A DNA stretch of 63,946 nucleotides, the filler included, from Octopus bimaculoides (lineage: Eukaryota), in assembly GCF_001194135.2 (NCBI RefSeq). It is 7 parts of 6 records of this genome, joined end to end, with 100 filler letters (N's around TTAATTAATTAA, not from the genome) between each part and the next. Parts side by side here need not be neighbours in the genome. Positions count along the whole stretch, not along the records: positions 11,867 to 16,308 come from NC_068985.1; positions 16,409 to 26,450 come from NC_068983.1; 5 more parts are not named here. One strand, 5' to 3'. Below the pieces are notes generated by a model. That model was given only the letters and a program-made list of their open reading frames with translations. It was not told the origin of the DNA and did not search any database. The translations under genes were made by a program, and so were the position numbers. Shown piece by piece: positions 12,725 through 23,200 of the stretch. How positions within the stretch are numbered: position 1 is the stretch's first letter; every line of letters starts with the position of its first letter.

Positions 12725-13591
12725 ATGGATTACACAGATGCACAACGTGTTGACGGTATATTTTTTAAAGAGAGAAACCCCGATTCACAACCTGAAGATG
12801 TTGAAATGGTGTCTGTTGAGGAAAGTGGCGAATCTGTAAATACCAAATATGACATGGTTCGTAATAAAAAGAATCTGGCTTTAATAATAAATAACGTAAA
12901 ATTTGACAAATCGACGGGAATGCCTGAACGACAAGGATCCGATAAAGATGCATCAGCAATTAAACATACATTGGAGTCATTGCATTTTCAGGTGATTAAC
13001 CGCACGAATTTATCAGTGAAAAGCATGGAACAAATCTTTTGGGATATATCCACGAGGGACTATGCTAATTATAACTGCTTCGTGTGTGTTATATTAACTC
13101 ACGGTGAAGACAATAACTGGATATATGGTACTGATGATAAAGTAAAACTTGACGATTTAGTGGAGATGCTTCTTCCTAATAGATGCCCAGGTTTAATAGG
13201 TAAGCCAAAACTATTCTTCGTACAAGCCTGTCGGGGAACGAAATTTGACAGCGGTGCAGTTATGCACGATGCTGGTGATATGAGAAAAAAATATGAAAAT
13301 ATTACATCTTACAAAGTACCACTTTGGGCAGACGTGCTTCTGGCTTATTCTACTGTCCCTGGGTTTTACTCCTGGAGAAATTCTACAAATGGATCGTGGT
13401 TTATTCAATCGTTGGCTCACATTTTCGGAAAACACGGAGACCGACTTGAACTGCAACAATTAATGCTTTCGGTAAATCGTAGGGTTGCCTATGAATATGA
13501 GTCTAAGACTAGCCATTCAGAGATTAATGAAATGAAACAAGTTCCTTGCATAGCAAGCATGCTAACGAAAGAATTATACTTTTACAAGTGA
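12725..13591 (+). CDS. Effector caspase (caspase-3/7-like), single coding exon, 288 aa
   Basis: Uninterrupted ORF with peptidase C14 motifs. LIINN..F...TGM..R.G; CVILTHG (catalytic His126, codon 13100-13102); KPKLFFVQACRG (Cys169; QACRG 13223-13237); linker VMHD/A; AYSTVPGFYSWRNSTNGSWFIQSL; C-terminal KQVPCIASMLTKELYF, close to caspase-3 KQIPCIVSMLTKELYF. No CARD/DED prodomain. In-frame stop upstream at 12707-12709. Confidence 0.97.
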   Translation: MDYTDAQRVDGIFFKERNPDSQPEDVEMVSVEESGESVNTKYDMVRNKKNLALIINNVKFDKSTGMPERQGSDKDASAIKHTLESLHFQVINRTNLSVKSMEQIFWDISTRDYANYNCFVCVILTHGEDNNWIYGTDDKVKLDDLVEMLLPNRCPGLIGKPKLFFVQACRGTKFDSGAVMHDAGDMRKKYENITSYKVPLWADVLLAYSTVPGFYSWRNSTNGSWFIQSLAHIFGKHGDRLELQQLMLSVNRRVAYEYESKTSHSEINEMKQVPCIASMLTKELYFYK

Positions 13592-13638
13592 AATCTTCCT
13601 TTTTCATATGTTCTCTCCTCTTTCCTCCTCACCTTATC

Positions 13639-13674
<36 letters not shown>

Positions 13675-14569
13675 ACAACATACACACATTCTGTTATGAG
13701 AACTTACTGTTTCATTGTAATATCTTTTATGTCCTCTTAACGTTCTTAGTTCAAATTTCGCCGAGGTCGACTTTGCCTTTCATCCTTTCGAGGTCGATAC
13801 AATAAGTACCAGTTGCGTACTGAGTCGATCTAATCGACTGGCCTACTCCCCCAAAAATTTCGAGCCTTGTGCCTAGTGTGAAAAAAAAAATTCTTATGTA
13901 CTAAGGCGAAGAGCTGGCAGAATCGTCAGCACGCCAACGAAATATTTAGCGGTATTTTGTCTATCTTTATTTCTTTTAGAACTACATCGCTTTATATGAT
14001 CTTTCATTTCTTAATACGATTGGCTGTTATTTCAAAGTTGTTTGATTGCTACATGGACATTTGTTCAGTCCCCGCACCCACTCACCACTACTGTACTTAC
14101 GTTTTTAACAATTTCACTTTATATATGTATATGTATATTTATAAAATTTAGATTTAAGGTGAATATGGTACTTAAGTTTAGGCACCAGAATTAAGTATGG
14201 TATTATCAATACAATTCCAAAATAAGGTGATTAAAATCGAAATAAGCAACAAGGATATCCAAAGTTAATGCTGTACGATCGTTTCATGCGACTCCATTTA
14301 TTTAAGCAATGTGAACATCAAATGTTAAATGCAGAGCAATCCTCAGCTGTACAAAGATATAGAAATTTACTGAAATTTCATTTCAACAGAAGGACATATT
14401 TTTGTAACTACATTAAATTCTCCAAGTGGAAANNNNNNNNNNNNNNNNNNNNNNNNNNNNNNNNNNNNNNNNNNNNNNNNNNNNNNNNNNNNNNNNNNNN
14501 NNNNNNNNNNNNNNNNNNNNNNNNNNNNNNNNNNNNNNNNNNNNNNNNNNNNNNNNNNNNNNNNNNNNN

Positions 14570-14626
<57 letters not shown>

Positions 14627-14633
14627 CAGATAG
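14570..14633. repeat. (GATA)n microsatellite
   Basis: Read directly. Confidence 0.95.
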
Positions 14634-14737
14634 ATATATATATACATGTATGTATGTATATAATCGACTTAATCCCTTTGTCTGTCCTTGTTTGTCCCCT
14701 CTATGCTTAGCCCCTTGTGGGCAATAAAGAAATAACA

Positions 14738-14932
14738 AGCGTTAGCACGCCGGACGAAATGCTTAGCGGCATTTCGTCTGTCTTTACGTTCTGAGTTCAA
14801 ATTACGCTGAGGTCGACTTTCCCTTTCATCCCTTCGGGGTCGATAAATTCAGTACTAGTTGGGTACTGGGGTCGATCTAATCGCCTGGCCTTCTCCCCAA
14901 AAATTTCGGGCCTTGTGCTTAGAGTAGAAATG
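14738..14932 (+). mobile_element. SINE family A with alternative tail
   Basis: Same head and body as 26601-26823, but the tail is gccttctccccaaaaatttcgggccttgtgcttagagtagaaa. Confidence 0.85.
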
Positions 14933-16408
14933 AATATTTTATGTACTTTAAAATTCCTTTTTAAATATATGACAATGATTCATGTAGCCGCTCCTTTGTA
15001 AACTTGTACTCCTTATGTTGAGCAACGATATCTGGTTCTAAGTACGATTTTGTAAAGTTCAAGTACCACAGAAAAAAGAAACATTGCAGATTACATACCG
15101 GATCAGGGACTTACTTTTTGCATTATAACACTGATATAACATTAAATTTACTAATTCAATTTACTAATTAAATTTACCTAATTCTTTGTCTTCACAAACA
15201 CTTTTGTTGAAATGATTAAAATGGTGTAAAAATGATAACATTGATAATTTGGTCTTTTTTTCTTTATATTAATGGTAGAAACTATTTTCTTCGTGAATTA
15301 TTGTTGAGTCTCTTTATATGTACTAGGACAACATTGGTTTATATGATCTTTCATTTCTTAATACGGTTGGCTGTTATTTCAAAGTTGTTTGACTGCTACA
15401 TGGACATTTGTTCAGTCCCCGCACCCATTCACCACTATTGCACTTACGTTTTTAACAATTTCATTTACATATAACATTGAACATCTAAGTATGGTTATGT
15501 ATACGGACTTATATATTGGAGTGTCTATAACTATTTGTATGACCTCATGTACTCTTTGTCGGCTTTTTATGTGCCTTATATTTTTATATTTTTTATATGT
15601 AACATTTTCATTTTTCATTTATTTATTTTTTATTTTATTCTTGCTGTACCCTTATTTTTATTTTTATTTTTATTTTTATTTTTATTTCTATTTCATTTTT
15701 GTTTTTATCTCTTACTGTATATTTGTATGGAATTTTTTTGTGAATCTCAGAAGAGGCCTAGCGAATCGTGCATGTACCCCCATTTCAGCATTTCATCTGN
15801 NNNNNNNNNNNNNNNNNNNNNNNNNNNNNNNNNNNNNNNNNNNNNNNNNNNNNNNNNNNNNNNNNNNNNNNNNNNNNNNNNNNNNNNNNNNNNNNNNNNA
15901 GTTCGAAAAAAGAGGCGATAGAATTAATACGAGGCTTCCAAAGAATAATCCCTGACGTTGATTTCTTCAAATAAAAGACGGTGCTCTAGTATGGCCTATC
16001 GTCTTTTGAAACATATTGGATGGGAGGTCATGTTGCTGGTTTTGCCAATAAAAACACAAGTTTTGGAATGGGGGTGGGGGACAATTTTCGGAAATTCCAA
16101 CAGAGTCCACTTATATTCTTCTTAACTTCCAGGAAAATTAATATTTTTTCGTGAAATTTTCTACAAATATACCTTGATGTATGTACATTTCGAGCATGTA
16201 GGAATTTTGAAGGAAACAACTGCAGGTTATTTTTGAGAAGCGTTCCCCTCTCGGGGTGTTTCGGAGCAAGTCGTCCATATTTGTTTCATTTTTGTCGATT
16301 ATGTGCGTNNNNNNNNNNNNNNNNNNNNNNNNNNNNNNNNNNNNNNNNNNNNTTAATTAATTAANNNNNNNNNNNNNNNNNNNNNNNNNNNNNNNNNNNN
16401 NNNNNNNN

Positions 16409-16424
16409 AACCCTAACCCTAACC
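16409..16424 (-). repeat. (CCCTAA)n interstitial telomere-type array at a gap edge
   Basis: aaccctaaccctaacc immediately after a padded gap. Confidence 0.65.
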
Positions 16425-16540
16425 GACTTGCTCCTTCCCTCAAAAACCAGGCCTTGTGCCTATAATAGAAAGGTTTATTAGTTACTGCCAATATGCTTCA
16501 GCCATTTTTTGACAAGGAAATAATAATTTTATCACTGCCG

Positions 16541-16773
16541 AGAATCGTTTGTTTACGTAGTCAGCACTTAATGTATTTGGCTGAATGGACGTCAGTCATT
16601 GGTTGAAATTACAGAAATACGACAACTTTAACATGAAATAATTTGCGATGTACGTTTTTTTGTTAAGAAGACTAAGAGAAAAAGATGTTTTATATGACAC
16701 ATTCTATCAGTGTCCCAAGTTTCAAAGTGTTTCGTTAAGAAAATACTGGTGCCCCCGTTTTGAACAAGATCCC
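16541..16773 (+). repeat. ~230-bp interspersed repeat associated with telomere-type arrays
   Basis: Colinear with 35548-35780, which directly follows (TTAGGG)n. Confidence 0.8.
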
Positions 16774-16967
16774 TTTCCGGATATATCTTCAACAATAATA
16801 ACTCTTTGATAGAGTGGGCCATGGTGCCCCATATATGACTAAAAGACTTCACTAAGTGGTGCTATTAAGTTAGACATGGCCTGGGCTTATACTGACGGAG
16901 ACCTCTCAAAGTTATCAAAATTAACTAGCTACTTTGTTTCATGATATATACCTTTTGTCATTTACCT

Positions 16968-17351
16968 TTTACTTGCTTCAGTCATTAGACTCTGGCCATG
17001 CTGGGGCATCGCCTTGAAGAATTTTTAGTCGAATGAATCGACCCCAGTTCTTATTTTTGTGTTAAGCCTAGTACTTATTCGATTTTTCCCTTTTTGCCGA
17101 AACCGCTAAGTTACGTGGACGTAAACACAGTAACACCGGTTGTCAAACGGCGGTGTGGAACATATCTACCCCCCCCCCCACATACATGTGTGACGAGCTT
17201 CTCTCAGTTTCCGTCTACTAAATCCACTCACAAGGCTTTGGTTGGCCCAAGGCTATAGTAGAAGACACTTGCCTAAGGTGCCATGCAGTGGGACTGAACC
17301 CAGAACCATGTGGCTGGGAAGCAAGCTTCTTACCACTCAGCCACGCCTGTG
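16968..17351 (-). mobile_element. tRNA-derived SINE family B (CORE-like box gcaccttgggcaagtgtc), full length
   Basis: Minus-strand head ggcgtggctgagtggtaagaagcttgcttccca..gggttcagtccc; tail gactgaagcaagtaaaa. Other pieces: 3995-4138, 50660-50820, 57420-57790, 57820-57940 (-); 21300-21530, 27215-27560, 27790-28020, 46040-46250, 55075-55160 (+). Confidence 0.9.
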
Positions 17352-17639
17352 ATTGTTTATTTTTAGGATGACATTGTAGGGTAAATGCGAGAGGCTGGAT
17401 CTGGCCAGTTTGATCGTAAAACGAGTTGAATGTTTGGGCCAGATATCTCGGTTTAAATACTAACGGGTAAGTCAATGTGCTGGTGCCAGGACTTGGGATG
17501 CTAATGCTTGTGGTGGTAGTGATGATGATGATGGTTAGGCTTGGCGTTAGTAGTGGTAGTAATAGTGATGAAGACGCTGTTGATGGAAGACTGAGTGATA
17601 ATAGAAATATTAGTTTCAAATTTTTGCACAAGGCCAGCA

Positions 17640-17828
17640 ATTTAGAGTGAGGAGGTAAGTCGACTACATCGACCCTAGTGATCAACTAGCATTTATTTTA
17701 TCAACTCCGAAAGGGATGGAAGGCAAAGTCGACCTCGGCGGAATTTGAACTCAGAACGTAGTAGCAGACGAAATGCCGCTAAAGCATTTTTGCCTGGCGT
17801 GCTAACGATTCTGCCAGCTCGCCACCTT
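17640..17828 (-). mobile_element. SINE family A
   Basis: Reverse-complement head ..gctaacgattctgccagctcgccacctta. Confidence 0.85.
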
Positions 17829-18552
17829 AATAATAATAATAATAATTCCTTTATCTGCTATTAAGGGCCCATTCGTATATTAAATACGAAAAACACAAAT
17901 TAAGGTTACAAAAACACAGGTATTTCAGGGGAGAGGGTAAGTTGATTACTTCGATCCCAGTGCTCAACAGGTATTTGTTTTACCAATCTCGACAGAATTC
18001 TAACTCAGAACATGAAAACGGACGAAATGTCGCGTAGCATTTTGTCCAGGGTGCAAACGATTCTGCCAGCTCGCCGCCTCACTATAGTAATAGTCATATT
18101 AGTACTTAGATTGGTAACAGTGATGGCGGTGAGGTGACGGCTGTGGAGAGGCAAGGTATTAGTGATAGAAGTAGTGGTGGAGGTGGAGCCGGTGATTGTC
18201 CTAAATGGTACCTACTCTATTGCTATTGTTCTCGTTCTTTAGCTCTAGAGCAGACCTATGATCAAAAAACATTCCAGCTTTGGCTGTCTTGTATGTTAAA
18301 ACGGTAGTATGTAATTTGAGGGACATTTGGCTATTATTTCCAGTAGGTAGAATAACCATGCGGAGGCTATCTCGTTGGCTCAAAAATTGCTGCTGTTTTT
18401 TGTTGTTTAGCCCTGGGATCAGCCCAGACCAAGTAGACCTGTGATCAAAGGTATTCTTCAATGATACCCACTTGCGGTACCTTCAAAAACGGTAACGAGT
18501 GATTTGAGGGAGACTTGACTGCTATTTCTACTAGATCAAGCGAGCACATAGA

Positions 18553-18668
18553 ACAGATATGGGCAAACTTTTTCGAGAAGTGAGCCGCATGAGCTAAAAA
18601 ATTCGAAATAAGTTTTCGTCAGGCGTGCCATTCAGAAAGTCCTGCGGGCCGCAGATTGCTCATAACCG
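18553..18668. mobile_element. Possible hAT-type MITE relic
   Basis: gatatgggcaaac...gcgggccgcagattgctcataacc; degenerate terminal inverted repeats. Confidence 0.3.
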
Positions 18669-18726
18669 ACACAGAAGTAAACTCTGCATATTATCTCAGT
18701 AGACAGGGTTATGCTGGGCGCAAAAG

Positions 18727-18752
18727 TAGTAGTCGTAGTAGTAGTAGTAGTC

Positions 18753-18784
<32 letters not shown>

Positions 18785-18859
18785 CGTCGTCGTCGTCGTA
18801 GTAGTAGTAGTAGTAGTAGTAGTCGTCGTAGTAGTCGTAGTAGTAGTAGTAGTAGTAGT
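18727..18859. repeat. (AGT)n/(CGT)n microsatellite
   Basis: Read directly. Confidence 0.95.
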
Positions 18860-19976
18860 TGTGACGGCAGTTATTTTATTTTTTTTTGTATTTTTTTTTG
18901 TATTTTTTTTTTGTATTTTTTAAAATTTTATTTTTGACTTTATTTTTCCTTTCCTTATTTGTCTTACCTTAAGCTAGATAGAGACACGGGTTTCACAATG
19001 ACTTCGCTCGACACTTTCTGCCGAACCGTTCGCAACGCCAGAATTTAATTTGTTTGACAAAATTCAATGTTGTATTTGGATAAACTAACAGAAAAAAAAN
19101 NNNNNNNNNNNNNNNNNNNNNNNNNNNNNNNNNNNNNNNNNNNNNNNNNNNNNNNNNNNNNNNNNNNNNNNNNNNNNNNNNNNNNNNNNNNNNNNNNNNN
19201 NNNNNNNNNNNNNNNNNNNNNNNNNNNNNNNNNNNNNNNNNNNNNNNNNNNNNNNNNNNNNNNNNNNNNNNNNNNNNNNNNNNNNNNNNNNNNNNNNNNN
19301 NNNNNNNNNNNNNNNNNNNNNNNNNNNNNNNNNNNNNNNNNNNNNNNNNNNNNNNNNNNNNNNNNNNNNNNNNNNNNNNNNNNNNNNNNNNNNNNNNNNN
19401 NNNNNNNNNNNNNNNNNNNNNNNNNNNNNNNNNNNNNNNNNNNNNNNNNNNNNNNNNNNNNNNNNNNNNNNNNNNNNNNNNNNNNNNNNNNNNNNNNNNN
19501 NNNNNNNNNNNNNNNNNNNNNNNNNNNNNNNNNNNNNNNNNNNNNNNNNNNNNNNNNNNNNNNNNNNNNNNNNNNNNNNNNNNNNNNNNNNNNNNNNNNN
19601 NNNNNNNNNNNNNNNNNNNNNNNNNNNNNNNNNNNNNNNNNNNNNNNNNNNNNNNNNNNNNNNNNNNNNNNNNNNNNNNNNNNNNNNNNNNNNNNNNNNN
19701 NNNNNNNNNNNNNNNNNNNNNNNNNNNNNNNNNNNNNNNNNNNNNNNNNNNNNNNNNNNNNNNNNNNNNNNNNNNNNNNNNNNNNNNNNNNNNNNNNNNN
19801 NNNNNNNNNNNNNNNNNNNNNNNNNNNNNNNNNNNNNNNNNNNNNNNNNNNNNNNNNNNNNNNNNNNNNNNNNNNNNNNNNNNNNNNNNNNNNNNNNNNN
19901 NNNNNNNNNNNNNNNNNNNNNNNNNNNNNNNNNNNNNNNNNNNNNNNNNNNNNNNNNNNNNNNNNNNNNNNNNNNN

Positions 19977-20031
<55 letters not shown>

Positions 20032-21220
20032 CTCTCTCTCTCTATCATCTCACTGTCTGAAATGAAAAAAATATTTATGGTCACTATTAAGTTGTCTTCA
20101 TATTAGATAAAATAAGACAATTCTTTTTCATTTTTTATTTTTGAGATGTTTCTCTACCGTGGTTTTGTTACAATCGTCACATAAACAAAAACACTAAAAG
20201 TGAAAAAGAAAGAAAAGTTAAAAAGCCATCAACACCACTATTATCGATGATGGCAACAACAAAGACAGCAACAACAACATCAATACAAAATTTATAAGTG
20301 TAATTCGTTGTTTAGAAAATAGAAGCAAAAAAAAAAAAAAATTTAAGAAATTAACAGAGCTAAGTAAGATAAATCTAGATCTAAAAAGTGATGTTGCTTC
20401 AATGTAGACTAGTTTTAGAAAAGACTTATTTATCAATGTGTGTGTGTGTGTACAGAACAATTACAAAGAATTCGCAGACTGGTAACGTCTTTGTATTTTT
20501 TCCTTTTTTTCCTTTTTTATTTTTACAGTTAATTATGTTTTAAAATTAAAAGGAGAAATATGATGNNNNNNNNNNNNNNNNNNNNNNNNNNNNNNNNNNN
20601 NNNNNNNNNNNNNNNNNNNNNNNNNNNNNNNNNNNNNNNNNNNNNNNNNNNNNNNNNNNNNNNNNNNNNNNNNNNNNNNNNNNNNNNNNNNNNNNNNNNN
20701 NNNNNNNNNNNNNNNNNNNNNNNNNNNNNNNNNNNNNNNNNNNNNNNNNNNNNNNNNNNNNNNNNNNNNNNNNNNNNNNNNNNNNNNNNNNNNNNNNNNN
20801 NNNNNNNNNNNNNNNNNNNNNNNNNNNNNNNNNNNNNNNNNNNNNNNNNNNNNNNNNNNNNNNNNNNNNNNNNNNNNNNNNNNNNNNNNNNNNNNNNNNN
20901 NNNNNNNNNNNNNNNNNNNNNNNNNNNNNNNNNNNNNNNNNNNNNNNNNNNNNNNNNNNNNNNNNNNNNNNNNNNNNNNNNNNNNNNNNNNNNNNNNNNN
21001 NNNNNNNNNNNNNNNNNNNNNNNNNNNNNNNNNNNNNNNNNNNNNNNNNNNNNNNNNNNNNNNNNNNNNNNNNNNNNNNNNNNNNNNNNNNNNNNNNNNN
21101 NNNNNNNNNNNNNNNNNNNNNNNNNNNNNNNNNNNNNNNNNNNNNNNNNNNNNNNNNNNNNNNNNNNNNNNNNNNNNNNNNNNNNNNNNNNNNNNNNNNN
21201 NNNNNNNNNNNNNNNNNNNN

Positions 21221-21258
<38 letters not shown>

Positions 21259-22323
21259 TGAGGGTAATCCGATGTTTAATTACGTAAGATAACAGATGCA
21301 TACAAGTACTGTGTATGTGTCTTTGTGTCTATGTTTGTTTCCTACCACCGCTTGACAACCGGTGTTTGTGTGTTTACGTCTCCATAACAAAGCGATTCGA
21401 GGAAAGAGACAGGTAGAATAAGTACCAGGCTTTAAAAATGTACTGGGTCGATTCGTTCGATTAAAATTCTTCAAGGCGTTGCCCCAGCGTGGCCGCAGTC
21501 CAGTACCTGAATCAAGTGAAGGATGAAAGATAATTAGTGCTCATGACAAATTTTCAGCTTTAAATGCAATTTTGAATGCAGGGATGAAGTCGCTGCCTAA
21601 ATGAAGACAGGCTATAGGCAATGTACCGATCGAGCTGATATGTGTATAATAGAACCAAAGAATAGACAGACAAGAAAAAAAAAAGAAAAAAAAACAGGTC
21701 TCCGGTCAGGTCGTGACCGGATTGTGACATATTTATGGAATAACTGTATCAATGTTGAAATTTGAATTGCAGTATATACACTGCAGCATGTGAAGTATTT
21801 AACTTTTGTTGATCAAATTATAGGCAATATCCTGATCGAGCTGGTATGTGTACAACAGAACTAAACTATAGACAGACCCCACCCACAAAAAGACAAAAAA
21901 CAAAACAAAACGCGTATCCGGTCACATTGTGACATATTCATGTATGTTGTATAAATATATATCATAATTAGAACGATGCTCATTGTTTGCCTGTCTATAC
22001 ATTTGTTCTATTATATTGTACATACACGCACTCAGACATATGTATACCCCCGGTATAAACAGTTGAGACAGTCTTAAGTTAAAATAGCCACCTGTTTGTG
22101 GTACTAAATGTATATACATCATTGATAGGACAGTCATTGCGGTATTCTTATGAGATAACATCTTTTGTGAATGTTGGTGCTTTATTAAAAACACAATAAA
22201 TATCGTCTCCTCTGATATTGTATTTTTTAACAAAGTACGTCCATAAGAGTTGTTATCTTAGGATGAACACCGCAGTAACTGACCTATCAACGGCGTATAC
22301 ACATTAAGTATGGTACATAGATG

Positions 22324-22326
<3 letters not shown>

Positions 22327-22387
<61 letters not shown>
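22327..22387. repeat. (TA)n microsatellite
   Basis: Read directly. Confidence 0.97.
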
Positions 22388-22388
<1 letters not shown>

Positions 22389-22559
22389 CAGCATAGTCGA
22401 GATGTGTTTTCTTCTCTTACTCTTGTTTTTTGCAAACATCTTCAAAATGACTTTCTAAAAGGAAATTCCATTATGCAGCTGAGGAGTACATTTTCATTGT
22501 ATTTTCTGTGGTGTTCTCACTACATGAATAAATGGAGCTTGTACGAAACGTAGTACTGC

Positions 22560-23200
22560 TATAACCTATTGAATTTTTGTTGCTTAACTTCAAATTTTAT
22601 TCACCAAATCTCTTGATTTTGTTTTTGGTTGTTATCCTACCAAATTCTGGTGCCTCAAGCATTTTAAGTACCACATTTAATCTTTTGATTAAATCTATAT
22701 TATATATATATATATATAAAACAATTTCTGACACCTTATTACTGAAATTAAGTGATCTTTTAGAGTGATAAAAGCTTCTCCTTTTGCTTAGTATTCTAAT
22801 CTATCATCAGTTCAATATTACTACATTTAGAGATCAATTTAGTCTCATTGTTAATATCATTGTATCTGTCTGTGTTAGTGGAAATGGTGTCAGTCAGTAA
22901 CTTATCATAAAAATCATTAGTGACGTTGTGCAGGTTGTTGCTTTTTCAGAAAATACAAACTTTTTTTTTTTAATAAAATTATAAAATTATAAAATTATAA
23001 AATTTCTAACATCAGATTTTAGTTTGGCTTCAAAGGGATTATAATATTTATGGAATTTAATATTGATAAGTAAATCAAAGAAGTCTGCCTCAAAATGGGT
23101 TAAATCTATCCTGGGAGAGTATTCACGTGTCTTTAAATCATAACATTCAGCAACACTGGGAGATAGCATAGTATCAGAAAATAAGTCCATAATAGATTAT
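22560..23200 (-). mobile_element. Penelope-like retroelement ORF relic (region N-terminal to/at start of RT)
   Basis: Minus-strand pieces LTHFEADFFDLLINIKFHKYYNPFEAKLKSDVRN, NNLHNVTNDFYDKLLTDTI...INNETKLI, DDRLEY*AKGEAFITLK, EFGRIT resemble PLE motifs. Stops, frameshifts and a (TA)n insert are present. Confidence 0.65.
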
